Position numbers and translations under genes: made by a program. From NCBI GenBank assembly GCA_964016885.1, contig OZ024751.1, positions 39,246,001 to 39,310,000 on the forward strand: a DNA stretch of 64,000 nucleotides. Reading direction: 5' to 3'. Below are positions 43,629 to 57,707 of this stretch, piece after piece; within the stretch, counting starts at the first letter, position 1, and each line of letters opens with the position of its first letter. The DNA is from Eledone cirrhosa (Eukaryota). The notes beneath the pieces were generated by a model. The model was given only the letters and a program-made list of their open reading frames with translations, searched no databases and had not been told where the DNA came from.

Positions 43629-43792
43629 GGCGGTGGATTGGCAGTATCGGTAGAGGGTCGGGCGCCTTTATGATCTGAGTTCAAATCCCGCCGAGGTTAA
43701 CTTTGCCTTTCATCCTTACGGGGTCGATAAAATAAAGTACCAGTAATGCACTGGGATAATTGCTGGCCTGGTGCCAAAAGTAGAAACAATTA
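43629..43792 (+). mobile_element. Young SINE with an internal deletion in the head
   Basis: Same as the 13525 type but lacking about 25-30 bp between the A- and B-boxes. Confidence 0.92.
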
Positions 43793-44029
43793 TATATATA
43801 TATATATATATATATAGATAGATAGATGGATATATCAGTATATCTATCTCTATATCAAAATAATTTCTCCTCTCCTGTCTCTGTCACTCTCTCTCTTCTC
43901 ATATTCTCTCTCTCTTTCTCTATCTCCCTATCATTCTTTCTGTGTTCTCATTATCTTTCTATCTCTCTTTCTAATCACACATACATATATACACACGTAT
44001 ACGAATACGTATTTACACAATCATACATA

Positions 44030-45920
44030 CACGTACAAAATAATACACACACAAAATAATACACACACAAAATAATACGCACACAAAATAATACACACAC
44101 AAAATAATACGCACACAAAATAATACACGCACAAAATAATACACACACAAAATAATACGCACACAAAATAATACACGCACAAAATAATACACACACAAAA
44201 TAATACACGTACAAAATAATACACGTACAAAATAATACACGTACAAAATAATACGCACACAAAATAATACACACACAAAATAATACACGTACAAAATAAT
44301 ACACGTACAAAATAATACACGCACAAAATAATACACACACAAAATAATACACACACAAAATAATACACACACAAAATAATACACGTACAAAATAATACAC
44401 GTACAAAATAATACACGTACAAAATAATACACGTACAAAATAATACGCACACAAAATAATACACACACAAAATAATACGCACACAAAATAATACACGCAC
44501 AAAATAATACACACACAAAATAATACACACACAAAATAATACACACACAAAATAATACACACACAAAATAATACACGTACAAAATAATACACGTACAAAA
44601 TAATACGCACACAAAATAATACACACACAAAATAATACACACACAAAATAATACGCACACAAAATAATACACACACAAAATAATACACACACAAAATAAT
44701 ACACACACAAAATAATACACGTACAAAATAATACACGTACAAAATAATACACACACAAAATAATACACGTACAAAATAATACACGTACAAAATAATACAC
44801 ACACAAAATAATACACGTACAAAATAATACACACACAAAATAATACACACACAAAATAATACACACACAAAATAATACACACAAAATAATACACGTACAA
44901 AATAATACACGTACAAAATAATACGCACACAAAATAATACACACACAAAATAATACACACACAAAATAATACACGTACAAAATAATACACGTACAAAATA
45001 ATACGCACACAAAATAATACACACACAAAATAATACACACACAAAATAATACGCACACAATATAATACACACAAAATAATACACTCACAAAATAATACAC
45101 ACACAAAATAATACACACACAAAATAATACACACAAAATAATACACACACAAAATAATACGCACACAATATAATACACACAAAATAATAAACACACAAAA
45201 TAATACACACACAAAACAATACACACACAATATAATACACACACAAAACAATACACACAAAAAATAATACACACAAAATAATACGCACACAAAATAATAC
45301 ACACACAAAATAATACACACAAAATAATACACACACAAAATAATACGCACACAATATAATACACACACAAAATAATACACACAAAATAATACACACACAA
45401 AACAATACACACACAAAATAATACACACACAAAATAATACGCACACAAAATAATACACACAAAATAATATACACACAAAATAATACACACACAAAGTAAT
45501 ACGCACACAATATAATACGCACACCATATAATACACACAAAATAATACACACACAAAATAATACGCACACAAAATAATACACACACAAAATAATACACAC
45601 ACAAAATAATACACACACAAAATAATACGCACACAAAATAATACACACACAAAATAATACGCACACAAAATAATACACACACAAAATAATACGCACACAA
45701 AATAATACACACACAAAATAATACACACACAAAATAATACACACACAAAATAATACGCACACAAAATAATACGCACACAAAATAATACGCACACAAAATA
45801 ATACACACACAAAATAATACGCACACAAAATAATACGCACACAAAATAATACACACACAAAATAATACACACACAAAATAATACACAGACAAAATAATAC
45901 ACACACAAAATAATACACTC
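44030..45920. repeat. 16-bp minisatellite (ACACACAAAATAATAC; ACGT, GCAC and 14-bp variants), about 1.9 kb
   Basis: Direct tandem units; source of the 637- and 641-aa artefactual ORFs. Confidence 0.97.
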
Positions 45921-45959
45921 AGGCATTTCCTAGAATCATATTCCAATATAAACTTCTAT

Positions 45960-46004
<45 letters not shown>

Positions 46005-46297
46005 TTTTCTATTCACTTCTCTCTCTCTTTCTCCCTCTCACCTTCATTCTTCCTATTAACTCTCTCTCTCTTAGTTTCTCTTCATTTTCATTGTCTCTTT
46101 CTCTCCCCCTCCCTCCCTCAATCTATCTATTTCTCTCTCATCACACTCCCTCACACTCACCTCCACTCAATAACTATTACCCTCTCACTCTAACTATCAC
46201 CTCTCTCTCCCACAGTACCCTTCACCCTCACACCCCCACCCTATCTTATTCCTTGCATTTGTCACTTGCAATTCTATATCCAATAAATATGATTGCA

Positions 46298-46571
46298 TCT
46301 TCTTCTTCTTCTTCTTCTTCTTCTTCTTCTTCTTCTTCTTCTTCTTCTTTTCTTTTACATCATCATCACCATTGTTGTCATTATCATCAACTTTATCCTC
46401 CTCCTCATCATCATCATCATCATCATCATCCATCATCATCATCATCATCATTTTCTCCTTCTTCTTCTCCTTCTTCTTCTCCTTCTTCTTCTCCTTCTTC
46501 TTCTTCTTCTTCTTCTTCTTCATCTTCGTTTATCCTCCACCCACCTCGTCAAACTCCTCCTCTTCTTCAGC

Positions 46572-46626
<55 letters not shown>

Positions 46627-46760
46627 GCTACAACAACAGCTACAACAACAACAGCTACAACAACAACAACAACAACAACAACAACCACAACAACAGCTAC
46701 AACAACAACAACAACAGCAACAGCAGCAGCTACAACTACAACAACAACAACAACAACAAA
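46298..46760. repeat. (TTC)n/(ATC)n/(AAC)n compound trinucleotide array
   Basis: Direct inspection. Confidence 0.93.
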
Positions 46761-47116
46761 TAATATTCTGCTTATCAGACAGTCGTTGAATAAAACATTA
46801 CTGGTATTGTAAAGCGACACAACGTGATTTAACTCGTTAAGCAATGTTTAGAGCAGTGCAGCCATTGTTTTCTAAAAGATTGTCTTCTTTCCTGTCCAGC
46901 AAACTCAAATTTATTGAAATACGTGTCTTTTAAAAACTTCATTGAAAATTTACATTTCGAACACAGTCGCCCATATTCACGTATACGACCACATACACTT
47001 ATTCACGAACGCTCTTACACGCACACACAGATATAAGTACGTACACATGCGAACAAATAAACGGAGACGAACACACACATACACACAAACACACACATAT
47101 ATATATGAATATGTGC

Positions 47117-47157
<41 letters not shown>

Positions 47158-47161
47158 CATA

Positions 47162-47205
<44 letters not shown>

Positions 47206-47225
47206 TATATACATATATATATATA

Positions 47226-47281
<56 letters not shown>

Positions 47282-47882
47282 CATACATATATATATGTAT
47301 ATAGATATATGTACATATATGTATATATATGTATATGTAAATATATATACGTGTATATATATATGTATGTGTGTGTGTGTGTGAGTATATGTATGAGTGT
47401 GAGGTTGGGAGTAAGTGCGTGTGTTTGTTTCTGTTTGTGTGTGTACCGACTCCGCCCCACACACACATATACTACAGTGCATCCATACAGAGTTATCGAA
47501 ACCAAAGTTTTTATTTCTAAAGGCGTATAAATAATTTATTTGTTTGTACATTGTGTCACTTGAACTCTGGGACACAATTTTATTATATAACTGTGTGTAT
47601 ATATATATATATATAAATATATTATATATATATATATATGTGTGTGTGTGTATGTATGTATATATATATATATGTGTGTGTGTGTACGTCTGTATGTTTA
47701 TATGTATATATAAATATAAATGTATATATATATAGGTATATATATATATATAATACATATATATATATAAATATATAAATATATATATATATATATTTAT
47801 TTATATATATATTTATATATTTATATATATTTATATATTTATATATCTATATATTTATATATGTATGTATGTATAAATATGA

Positions 47883-47913
<31 letters not shown>

Positions 47914-47999
47914 AAAATATAATATATATAAATATATATATTATATATATTTATATATTTATATATCTATATATTTATATATGTATGTATGTATAAATA

Positions 48000-48069
<70 letters not shown>

Positions 48070-48551
48070 GTATGTATATATGTATGTATATATATACATA
48101 TGTGTGTGTAGGGGGTGTATGTGTGTGCGCGTGTGCGTGTGTGTGTGTGTGTGTGTATGTGTGTGTGTGTGATTGTGTGCGCGTGCGTGTAGCCAAACAA
48201 CCCCGTTTTAGCTCACATAAATAATTGTTTCTATTGCGATAAACAATTCGTTAACATATTTATCTTATCAATAATATATGCTACAGCAACAACAACATCA
48301 ACAACAATATCAATAACAGCAATAACACAAGCCACAGCAACAACAACAGCAACCACACTACAGCTGTAGAAGCAGCCTTAAGAAAATGTTGTTTACTGCA
48401 AGAAGGAATGTAAATAAATGATAATATAGACAACTGATTGTAATAACAAGAAAATTGTGAGGAAATAAACATAACAAATATACGAACAATTAAAATACAT
48501 TATATATCAATATATATATAGATAGATAGATATAGATATATATATATGTAT

Positions 48552-48643
<92 letters not shown>

Positions 48644-48683
48644 ATATACATATAGATATATATATAGATATATATATATGTAG

Positions 48684-48752
<69 letters not shown>

Positions 48753-48904
48753 TATATATATGTATTTATATGTATATATATGGATATATAGGGATATATA
48801 GGGATATATATGGATATATATATGGATATATACAAATATATATATGTATATATATATACGTATATATATATGTATATATATATGTATGTATATAGATATT
48901 TATT

Positions 48905-48946
<42 letters not shown>

Positions 48947-48984
48947 AAAATAAATATATATATATGTATATATATGTGTGTGTG

Positions 48985-49023
<39 letters not shown>

Positions 49024-49145
49024 TCGGGCATAAGTGAATTCTACATTTCTATTCAGCTAATTCAAGTTAGTCTAATCACAATACTTAGGCTAATAATAGC
49101 ATTATATATATATACATACACATATATATATGCATGTATATATAT

Positions 49146-49326
<181 letters not shown>

Positions 49327-49364
49327 ATATATATATATGTATATATATACCTATATATATTATT

Positions 49365-49409
49365 GGCAGACAATTAGAAACACGTCTTAAACAGCAACAA
49401 AGCCGTATC
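49365..49409 (+). pseudogene. Tiny remnant of a PLE GIY-YIG endonuclease
   Basis: Translates [15 protein letters not shown], matching the (YIGQT)GRxLxTRxKEH motif; fused directly to (TA)n. Confidence 0.5.
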
Positions 49410-49597
49410 ATGTTCAATATTTCCTACTGTTGGTGTGTTGGGGATAATTATGGATGTAGATTAATTTGTGTGTATATGTATGAATATATATAGATATGAA
49501 TGTATATGTGGGTATGCGTATCTATGTATGCGAGTATATATGAAGGTATATGTAAATATGTATGTGTGTGTATATTTGGGTGTGTAATTATGTAGTA

Positions 49598-50220
49598 GGT
49601 GAGGTCACCAGTTGGTGCTACTGGTAACATGTATTCCAGTACAACCTGTCTCATGGTCGGGTTGTTGGCGACTAAACTGGCAACCCCACCAAGGTTTCTT
49701 GGTGAGGAGGGTGACTTTGGGCATCCTGCAGGACTAAAAACCAAACCTGTCAAAGGGCAAAGGAGCTCTTAAGAGTCAATGGCCATCCAAAATCACCGGG
49801 AGAGGTTACCCCTTAACCTTTGTCAAGGCAGAATTCTAGGAGAAGGAAAACTCTGATATAACACCTGCAACCCTGATGGTAGCCAATGATGTTGACTTGT
49901 TCTTCTTTTTGGTAAATATCATCTTGGTTAAGAGAGTGGGACTGGCTTTGTGCAGTGCTTTTGCTCACTATAAAAGCTTCACGGCACAGGCATTGCTTTA
50001 TATCTGGAGATCTCCCTTCACTTGTCGTCACATGGTACCATGGGCCCAGCACTATGTGTCAATAATTGTCACAAATGTAGTGTTTGTACCAGAGTTTTCA
50101 AGTCGCTGGCTGGACTAAAAAGTCGCACTTGTTCAGCGCATTGGTAGGGGTTGTCCTACATGGATATAAAGTAGTGGCCGTACTCGAAAACGAGTTGGCA
50201 GCCACCATGTATGTATGTAA
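49598..50220 (+). mobile_element. Rearranged RTE-clade LINE remnant: 5' leader, probably inverted internal piece, and 3' end
   Basis: RTE-like 5'UTR motif CTAGGAGAAGGAAAACTCTGAT. 50070-50147 encodes HKCSVCTRVFKSLAGLKS (C-terminal C2H2-type finger). 3' hairpin ACTCG-AAAA-CGAGT and (ATGT)n tail. Confidence 0.75.
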
Positions 50221-50292
50221 ATGTGTCGATGGATGTTTATATATATATATATCTATGTATGTACGTATGTATGTATGATGGTAGGTAACTAC

Positions 50293-50323
<31 letters not shown>

Positions 50324-50324
50324 C

Positions 50325-50402
<78 letters not shown>

Positions 50403-50894
50403 TTATGTGTGTGTTTGTACGTATGTATGTATAACTGTATGTAGGTATATTATATATGTGTGCATGTATATATGTATGAATGTATGAATATATGAATATA
50501 TGAACATATACACGCATCCGCCTGCGCAAGCGCACATTTCATTCGGAGACGAAATTCCTTGATAACAAACCATCACTTCCATTATAGAAGTTAAATTAAA
50601 AAAACCTTAAATTCAAATCAACAGCTCCATAACTTAAACCTCTTAATATCAAACGTGCCCTAATTCTACTCTATAAAACCTTTTTTTTTTTTAGGCGATA
50701 TATATTTATCAAAACACCTTCCATCATCATTTTATGTAAGAAACTTTCTCGAGTAATGATCCAAACACCAGTTTTATTACAAGAAATTTAGTTATATTAC
50801 TAAAAAAAAAAAAAAAAATTGTTGATCGACTTTCATCAAATCGGACCGAGGAAACAATGTTTCCGTTGGGTCTTTCCAATTACTATCCATCGGT

Positions 50895-51015
50895 CGCAAC
50901 TCCAGGTAGAAGGAGAAACAAAGTGTCTTGCTTAAAGTCATAACGCATCGCCCGGTCCAGGATTTGAACTGACAACCTCACGATTGCGAATCCTCTAATC
51001 AGCCACACGCCTTCA
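50895..51015 (-). mobile_element. Third tRNA-derived SINE type (related fragments near 9430-9485 and 21395-21460)
   Basis: AAGTGTCTTGCTTAA..ATAACGC..GGATTTGAACT..ACGATTGCGAATCC..CCACACGCCTTC; B-box on the minus strand. Confidence 0.65.
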
Positions 51016-51324
51016 TATTCACCATTAATTAAACTATTAATTAAACAATTATTTAAGAATCATAGACAAGTCCTCTCGTTAAATAAATAGTAATGAAATG
51101 GTTAAGATTTATGGGTAAACGAACATTTTCCTTACATGGTATCACAGATAGTGTGGAAATAATTAATCACTTAATAAAAACGTGTTGGTAAATTCGTTGT
51201 AGAAGACAAAGAATTTATTTCCGACGAAAATATATTTCTTAAGAATTCAACGTGAGGGTGTCAGCTTATCCGACAGGTAAATGTTACAGTAAGGTGTGAA
51301 ACTTTGAATTTTTATCGTTTCTGT

Positions 51325-51800
51325 CATCATCATCATCATCATCATATTCATCATATTCATCATCATCATCATCATCACAATATTCGTCGTTGGCTTCTTC
51401 TTCTTCTTCTTCTTCTTCTTCTTCTTCTTCTTCTTCTTCTTCTTCTTCTTCTTCTTCTTCTTCTTCTTCTTCTTCTTCTTCTTCTTCTTCTTCTTCTTCT
51501 TCTTCTTCTTCTTCTTCTTCACCATCACCATCATCATCATCACCCTCATCATCACCATCATCACCATCACCATCGCCATCACCACCATCATCACCATCAT
51601 CATCATCACCATCACCATCATCATCATCAGCATCATCATCATCATCATCACCACCATCACCATCACCACCATCATCATCATCATCACCATCATCACCATC
51701 ACCATCACCACCATCACCATCATCACCATCATCACCATCAATCACCATCCCCATCATCACCATCACCATCACAATCATCATCGCCATCATCACCATCATG
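51325..51800. repeat. (ATC)n/(TTC)n/(ACC)n compound array
   Basis: Direct inspection. Confidence 0.93.
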
Positions 51801-51909
51801 TTTTCTAGTTATATTTTTTTCCTTCACCTTATTTCTCTTGTCTGACGTTTCTTTCACTATTCACTCATCTTCAAACTGTTTATCCTCTTCCATCATTATT
51901 TTTGTCGTG

Positions 51910-53340
51910 TTGAATGTTGTGTGTGTTGTGTGTTGTGTGTTGTGTGTTGTGTGTTGTGTGTGTTGTGTGTTGTGTGTTGTGTATTGTGTGTTGTGTGTTG
52001 TGTGTTGCGTGTTGTGTGTGTTGTGTGTTGTGTGTTGTGTGTTGTGTGTTGTGTGTTGTGTGTTGTGTGTTGTGTGTGTTGTGTGCTGTGTGTTGTGTAT
52101 TGTGTGTTGTGTGTTATGTGTTGTGTGTTGTGTGTGTTGTGTGTGTTGTGTGTGTTGTGTGTTGTGTGTGTTGTGTGTTGTGTGTGTTGTGTGTTGTGTG
52201 TGTTGTGTGTTGTGTGTTGTGTGTTGTGTGTTGTGTATTGTGTGTTGTGTGTTGTGTGTTGTGTGTTGCGTGTTGTGTGTGTTGTGTGTTGTGTGTTGTG
52301 TGTTGTGTGTTGTGTGTTGTGTGTTGTGTGTTGTGTGTGTTGTGTGCTGTGTGTTGTGTATTGTGTGTTGTGTGTTATGTGTTGTGTGTTGCGTGTTGTG
52401 TGTGTTGTGTGTTGTGTGTTGTGTGTTGTGTGTTGTGTGTTGTGTGTTGTGTGTTGTGTGTGTTGTGTGCTGTGTGTTGTGTATTGTGTGTTGTGTGTTA
52501 TGTGTTGTGTGTTGTGTGTGTTGTGTGTGTTGTGTGTGTTGTGTGTTGTGTGTGTTGTGTGTTGTGTGTGTTGTGTGTTGTGTGTGTTGTGTGTTGTGTG
52601 GGTTGTGTGTTGTGTGTTTTGTGTGTTGTGTGTGTTGTGTGTTGTGTGGGTTTTGTGTTGTGTGTGTTGTGTGTTGTCTGGGTTGTGTGTTGTGTGTTGT
52701 GTGTTGTGTGTTGTATGCTGTGTGTTGTGTGTTGTGTGTTGTGTGTTGTGTGTGTTGTGTGTGTTGTGTGTTGTGTGTTGTGTGTTGTGTGTGTTGTGTG
52801 TTGTGTGTGTTGTGTGTTGTGTGTTGTGTGTTGTGTGTTGTGTGTTGTGTGTTGTGTGTGTTGTGTGTGTTGAGTGTTGTGTGTTGTGTGTTGTGTGTGT
52901 TGTGTGTTGTGTGTTGTGTGTTGTGTGTGTTGTGTGCTGTGTGCTGTGTGTTGTGTGTTGTGTGTTGTGTGTTGTGTGTGTTGCGTGTGTTGTGTGTGTT
53001 GTGTATGTGTTGTATGTGTTGTATGTGTTGTGTGTGTTGTGTACGTTGTATGTGGTGTGTACTGTGTGTGTGCTGTGTGTGTGTTGTGTATGTATTGTAT
53101 GTGCTGTATGTGATGTGTATGTGTTGTATGTGTTGTATGTGTTGTATATGTTGTATGTGCTGTATGTGTTGTATGTGTTGTGTGTGCTGTGTGTGTTGTG
53201 TATGTGTTGTATATGTTGTGTGCTGTGTGTGTTGTGTGTGTGATGTGTGTGTTGTGTGTGTTGTGTATGTGTTGTATGTGTTGTGCTCTGTGTGTGTGCT
53301 GTGTGTGTGTTGTGTGCTGTGTGTGTTGTGTGTGTTTTGC
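51910..53340. repeat. (GTTGTGT)n 7/9-bp satellite
   Basis: Direct inspection; source of the 711-, 483- and 440-aa artefactual ORFs. Confidence 0.95.
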
Positions 53341-55069
53341 TGCTCACACCTATTTATGTTGTATAATAGAGAGTTATTCCCTCTCTGTCAGATGGCCAGC
53401 CAACAGTTCATCACGGGCAAACAAGATGCCATTTCATGACATACGAGCAACAACAACAACAACATCAACAATAACAACAACAACAATAGCAACAACAATA
53501 ACAACAACATTAGCCAAAACAACAACAGCCACAAACAACAACAACAACAACAACAACAGGAACATCGAGAACAACATCAACAACATCAATAACAACAACA
53601 TCAACAACAACAATAACAACAACATCAACAACATCAATTACAACAACATTACCAACAACTGCAACAACAACAGTGACACGAACATCAACAACATTACCCA
53701 CAAACATTAGCCAAAACAACATCAACAACACCAACAACAGCCACAAACAACAACAGCATAATCACCAACAACAGGAATATAACCCACAACAACATCAACA
53801 ACACCAATAACACCAACATTACCAACAACAACAACAACAACAGCAACAGCAACAACTTCAACGACATCAGTAACACCAACAATACCAATAACGTCTTCAT
53901 ATTATTCGTTTTCTCCGCATTTGCAAAGGAAAAAAAATATAGATCGAAGATTGTTTGTGAAAATGCGAAAATGTGAAAAAACAAATTATGAAAATGTGAA
54001 AAGAAATGTGAAAAATAAATAACAAAAACATGGCAAAACAGACCACAAATATAATAAAATAGTTTGTACATCATAAGTCTTGCAAAGAAATTGCTAGTTC
54101 TTTTACACTTATCACTGATATGATCCATGGCGCCTATTAATCAAAAGAGCCAAAGCATGAGAAAAAAAAGCCAAGTTGAACACCAAGTACAACGAGAATA
54201 TCAACCACAACGAGAACAACACCAACAACGAGAGCTAAAAAATCCGCCATTTCAAAAGCCTGTCTACCATTAATAATTTTCGTGTCCAGCAATAGTGGAC
54301 GTGTTTATACCATCTTGAAGAAAAAAAAAGACAGCTTTGAAAACCACCTTGACACCTCAGAATTATTAGCAAGGAGAAATAAAAAAAAAATTGAAAAACA
54401 CTTTCAGTCCGAAAACAAAGTGTTTGACGGGTGGTGTGGTCTGGGGGGTGCAGGGGTGCGGGCGGGGGGTGAGGGGGAGGGGTAGAGGGGGGGGGTTAGA
54501 GGGGAGTTGTACAACAACCACATCAACAACAACAACGACGAGAAGACAAATGAAAGATGGTGGTGGTGGTGGTGGTGATGAGAATGATGATGACGCTGAT
54601 GATGTTGATGATAGTAGTGGTGAATATGATGAAGACGAAGTCGACGACGACGACGACGACGACGAAGAAGAAGAAGAAGAAGAAGAAGAAGAAGAAGAAG
54701 AAGAAGAAGAAGAAGAAGAAGAAGAAGAAGAAGAAGAAGAAGAAGAAGAAGAAGAAGAAGAAGAAGAAGAAGAAGAAGAAGAAGAAGAAGAAGAAGAAGA
54801 AGAAGAAGAAGAAGAAGAAGAAGAAGAAGAAGACAACAACAACAGCAGCAGCAATAACAACAACTTATTTAAACTAAAAAAAAAACCTCAATCATAAAAT
54901 GACAACAACGGTGACAACAACAACAACGACTACATGGACAACAATAACAACAACAACGACAATAAATAAGAACAATTACAAAACTAATTAAGCAAAACTA
55001 TCTGTTCTAATGGTGATGGTGTGGAGGAGGGGGTATTGTACGATTGATGCCAGCAAGACATTTCAAAGA

Positions 55070-55124
55070 TGTCGGACTGATGAGCTGTGGAAATAATTCC
55101 CTAGCGAAACGCGCGAATTCGATA
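55070..55124 (+). ncRNA. Near-canonical PLE-type type I hammerhead (U16.1 mutated)
   Basis: TGTCGGA:TTCGATA helix I (7 pairs including G-U); CTGATGA 55077-83; GCTGTGGAA:TTCCCTAGC helix II; GAAA 55106-09; palindromic CGCGCG, then AA where UA is expected. Confidence 0.75.
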
Positions 55125-55806
55125 GATTAAAATGTTGTGAATTTAACCTATCTATGCGCATATATATATATGTATATATATATATATGTGTGTGTGTGTA
55201 TGTGTGTGTGTGTGCGTGTGTGTATGTGTATGTGTGTGTGTGTGCGCGTGTGTGTGTGTGTATGAATGTATGTGTATATATGTTATATATTATATTTATA
55301 GTGCACATGTATATATATATATGCAGTATATATATATATATATATACAGTATATATATATATATATTATATATTATATATTACATTATATATTATATATA
55401 CATTATATAGTATATATTATATTATATATTGTATATATATTATATATTACATATTATATTATATTATATTATATATCTGTGTTGTAAATTAATGTGATGA
55501 ATCTAAAAATATAAATAATTGAATAAATATAGAAAACAAATTTAAAATAAAAATGTTCATTCAACAATCTTTTCATTCCACCATCCACCATCATCCTCCA
55601 CCATACACCTCCACCCCACACACTCCTCCGCCATCCACCTCCATCATACACTCACCCCACACACCTCTACCATCCTCCACCATGGGATGTTTAAAATATT
55701 AGGTTTAGTTTAAAAGATGTTAACTCGACTGGGATAAAACATCAAGAAGAAGAAGAAGAAAAAGAAGAAGAAGAAGAACAACAACACAACAACGACAACA
55801 ACAACA

Positions 55807-55839
<33 letters not shown>

Positions 55840-56010
55840 GCTGCTGCTACTACTACTACTACCACTACTACTACTACTACTACTATTACTATTACTACTA
55901 CTACTACTACTACCACCACCACCACTAACATTACTACTACTACTACTACTATTACTATTACTACTACTACTACTACCACCACCACCACTACTACTATTAC
56001 TTCCACCAAA

Positions 56011-56051
<41 letters not shown>

Positions 56052-56061
56052 TACTACCACC

Positions 56062-56102
<41 letters not shown>

Positions 56103-56627
56103 ACATGAGAAAAGATAAACGTTTCAAGTTTTCAAGTGACTTCTTTATCCTTTTTTATTTTCTTCTCGTTTTATCTTTTCGTTTTCCTATTATTCTCCGA
56201 TTATCAGAAAACATCTTAAAAACCAGGTTTCACTGCGCCATTCAACAGATATATTGTGTCTTCTGAAGTCAACTACTTATACTGAAAATCATAATAACTA
56301 TTCTATCATAAAGATAACCGTACGAACACTCTGTATAATACGAGAGATATATACATAAAAGAATGTTTTCGAAACAACACAAAACATGGGATATAAGCCG
56401 ACTGACTACAAGATATTATAGTATAATGTTTATGATGTTTTAATTTACTAAATTATTCTACTTTTTCAAAGCTTTCAGAAAGTTTTTGGTGCTCGCTAAG
56501 CCGTGTAAGCCGAAAAGTTGAAAGATCGAAAAACAGACGTTGTTAATATGTTTAAAATGTTTAAAATTTAATCGGACCTGCTTCTTCCTTATATCAAATA
56601 TAAATTATATTTTGTTATTTAAGTCAT

Positions 56628-56818
56628 TAATTGTTTCTACTTTTGGCACAAGGCCAGCAATTATTCCAGTGTATTACTGGTACATTATTTTATCGACCCC
56701 GTAAGGATGAAAGGCAAAGTTAACCTCGGCGGGATTTGAACTCGGACCACAAAGGGCCGTAACTCTATGCTGAAAAGAATGGCGTCCGACCCTCTACCGA
56801 TACTGTCAATCCACCGCC
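56628..56818 (-). mobile_element. Young full-length SINE
   Basis: Reverse complement of the 13525 type. Confidence 0.92.
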
Positions 56819-56831
56819 CTGTTTAAGTCAT

Positions 56832-56952
56832 TAATTGTTTCTACTTTTGGCACAAGGCCAGCAATTATTCCAGTGTATTACTGGTACTTTATTTTATCGA
56901 CCCCGAAAGGATGAAAGGCAAAATTAACCTCGGCCGGATTTGAACTCAGACC
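56832..56952 (-). mobile_element. 5'-truncated SINE in tandem with the previous copy
   Basis: Both are preceded by TTTAAGTCATT (period 204) and share the variant ATTATTCCAGTGTATT. Confidence 0.88.
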
Positions 56953-57080
56953 AATAACTAATTTGGTAATATCGTTAGAGAATCGCTTACAAACCCTGTG
57001 TTGTTCGATCGTTTCTGATCTATCTCTGCTCTCTGAGATCAAATCCCGTCGATGTATCGATTCATTCCAGAGTACACTGG

Positions 57081-57150
<70 letters not shown>

Positions 57151-57357
57151 GCGTGAACCTAATACTAACACTTTGTCCTGCATTCTTCCTGGTCGTTCTT
57201 TTTCGGCTGTATGGGTGATTTTAGGCATGACCTCTATGTGTTGGTAATTTAACGATGGTTATAGCTCTGATTTATCCAAATTATTGAGCCCTCTGCCACA
57301 CATATCGGATTTGTTTATCGTTAATTCGTAGGCTGTTTTTCCGATTCTCGATTATTC

Positions 57358-57457
<100 letters not shown>

Positions 57458-57707
57458 GGTTATATCAGGCAAGCAATTGATTCTTGCAATTTTATAGGAA
57501 ACAGGTTACGTTCATTATACTGACATTGGTTAGATTTGAACTCAGAACGTAACGAGCAGAAAACATTAAAAGAACCTCTGTGTGACTCTCTAAATATTCT
57601 ACTAATCTACCACACCTCTCTCAGGTAAAGAATAAAGACCGAAACAAATTATTTCTGCAACTAACTTTTCAGTCTCTCACTCCACCTCATTCACCAAATA
57701 TTTGCTA

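Noticed and set aside
44013-45946. 637- and 641-aa Cys/Val/Tyr-rich ORFs
   Set aside because: The 16-bp minisatellite is open in all three minus-strand frames.
46091-46789. Poly-S/H/Q ORF resembling a transcription-factor low-complexity region
   Set aside because: Made only of TTC, ATC and AAC runs; the other frames are equally open.
51304-53439. 711-aa ORF
   Set aside because: Concatenated simple repeats.
57003-57055. Minus-strand TGATCT:AGATCA stem plus GAAACGATCG as a hammerhead
   Set aside because: No CUGANGA; the + strand is a SINE B-box fragment.
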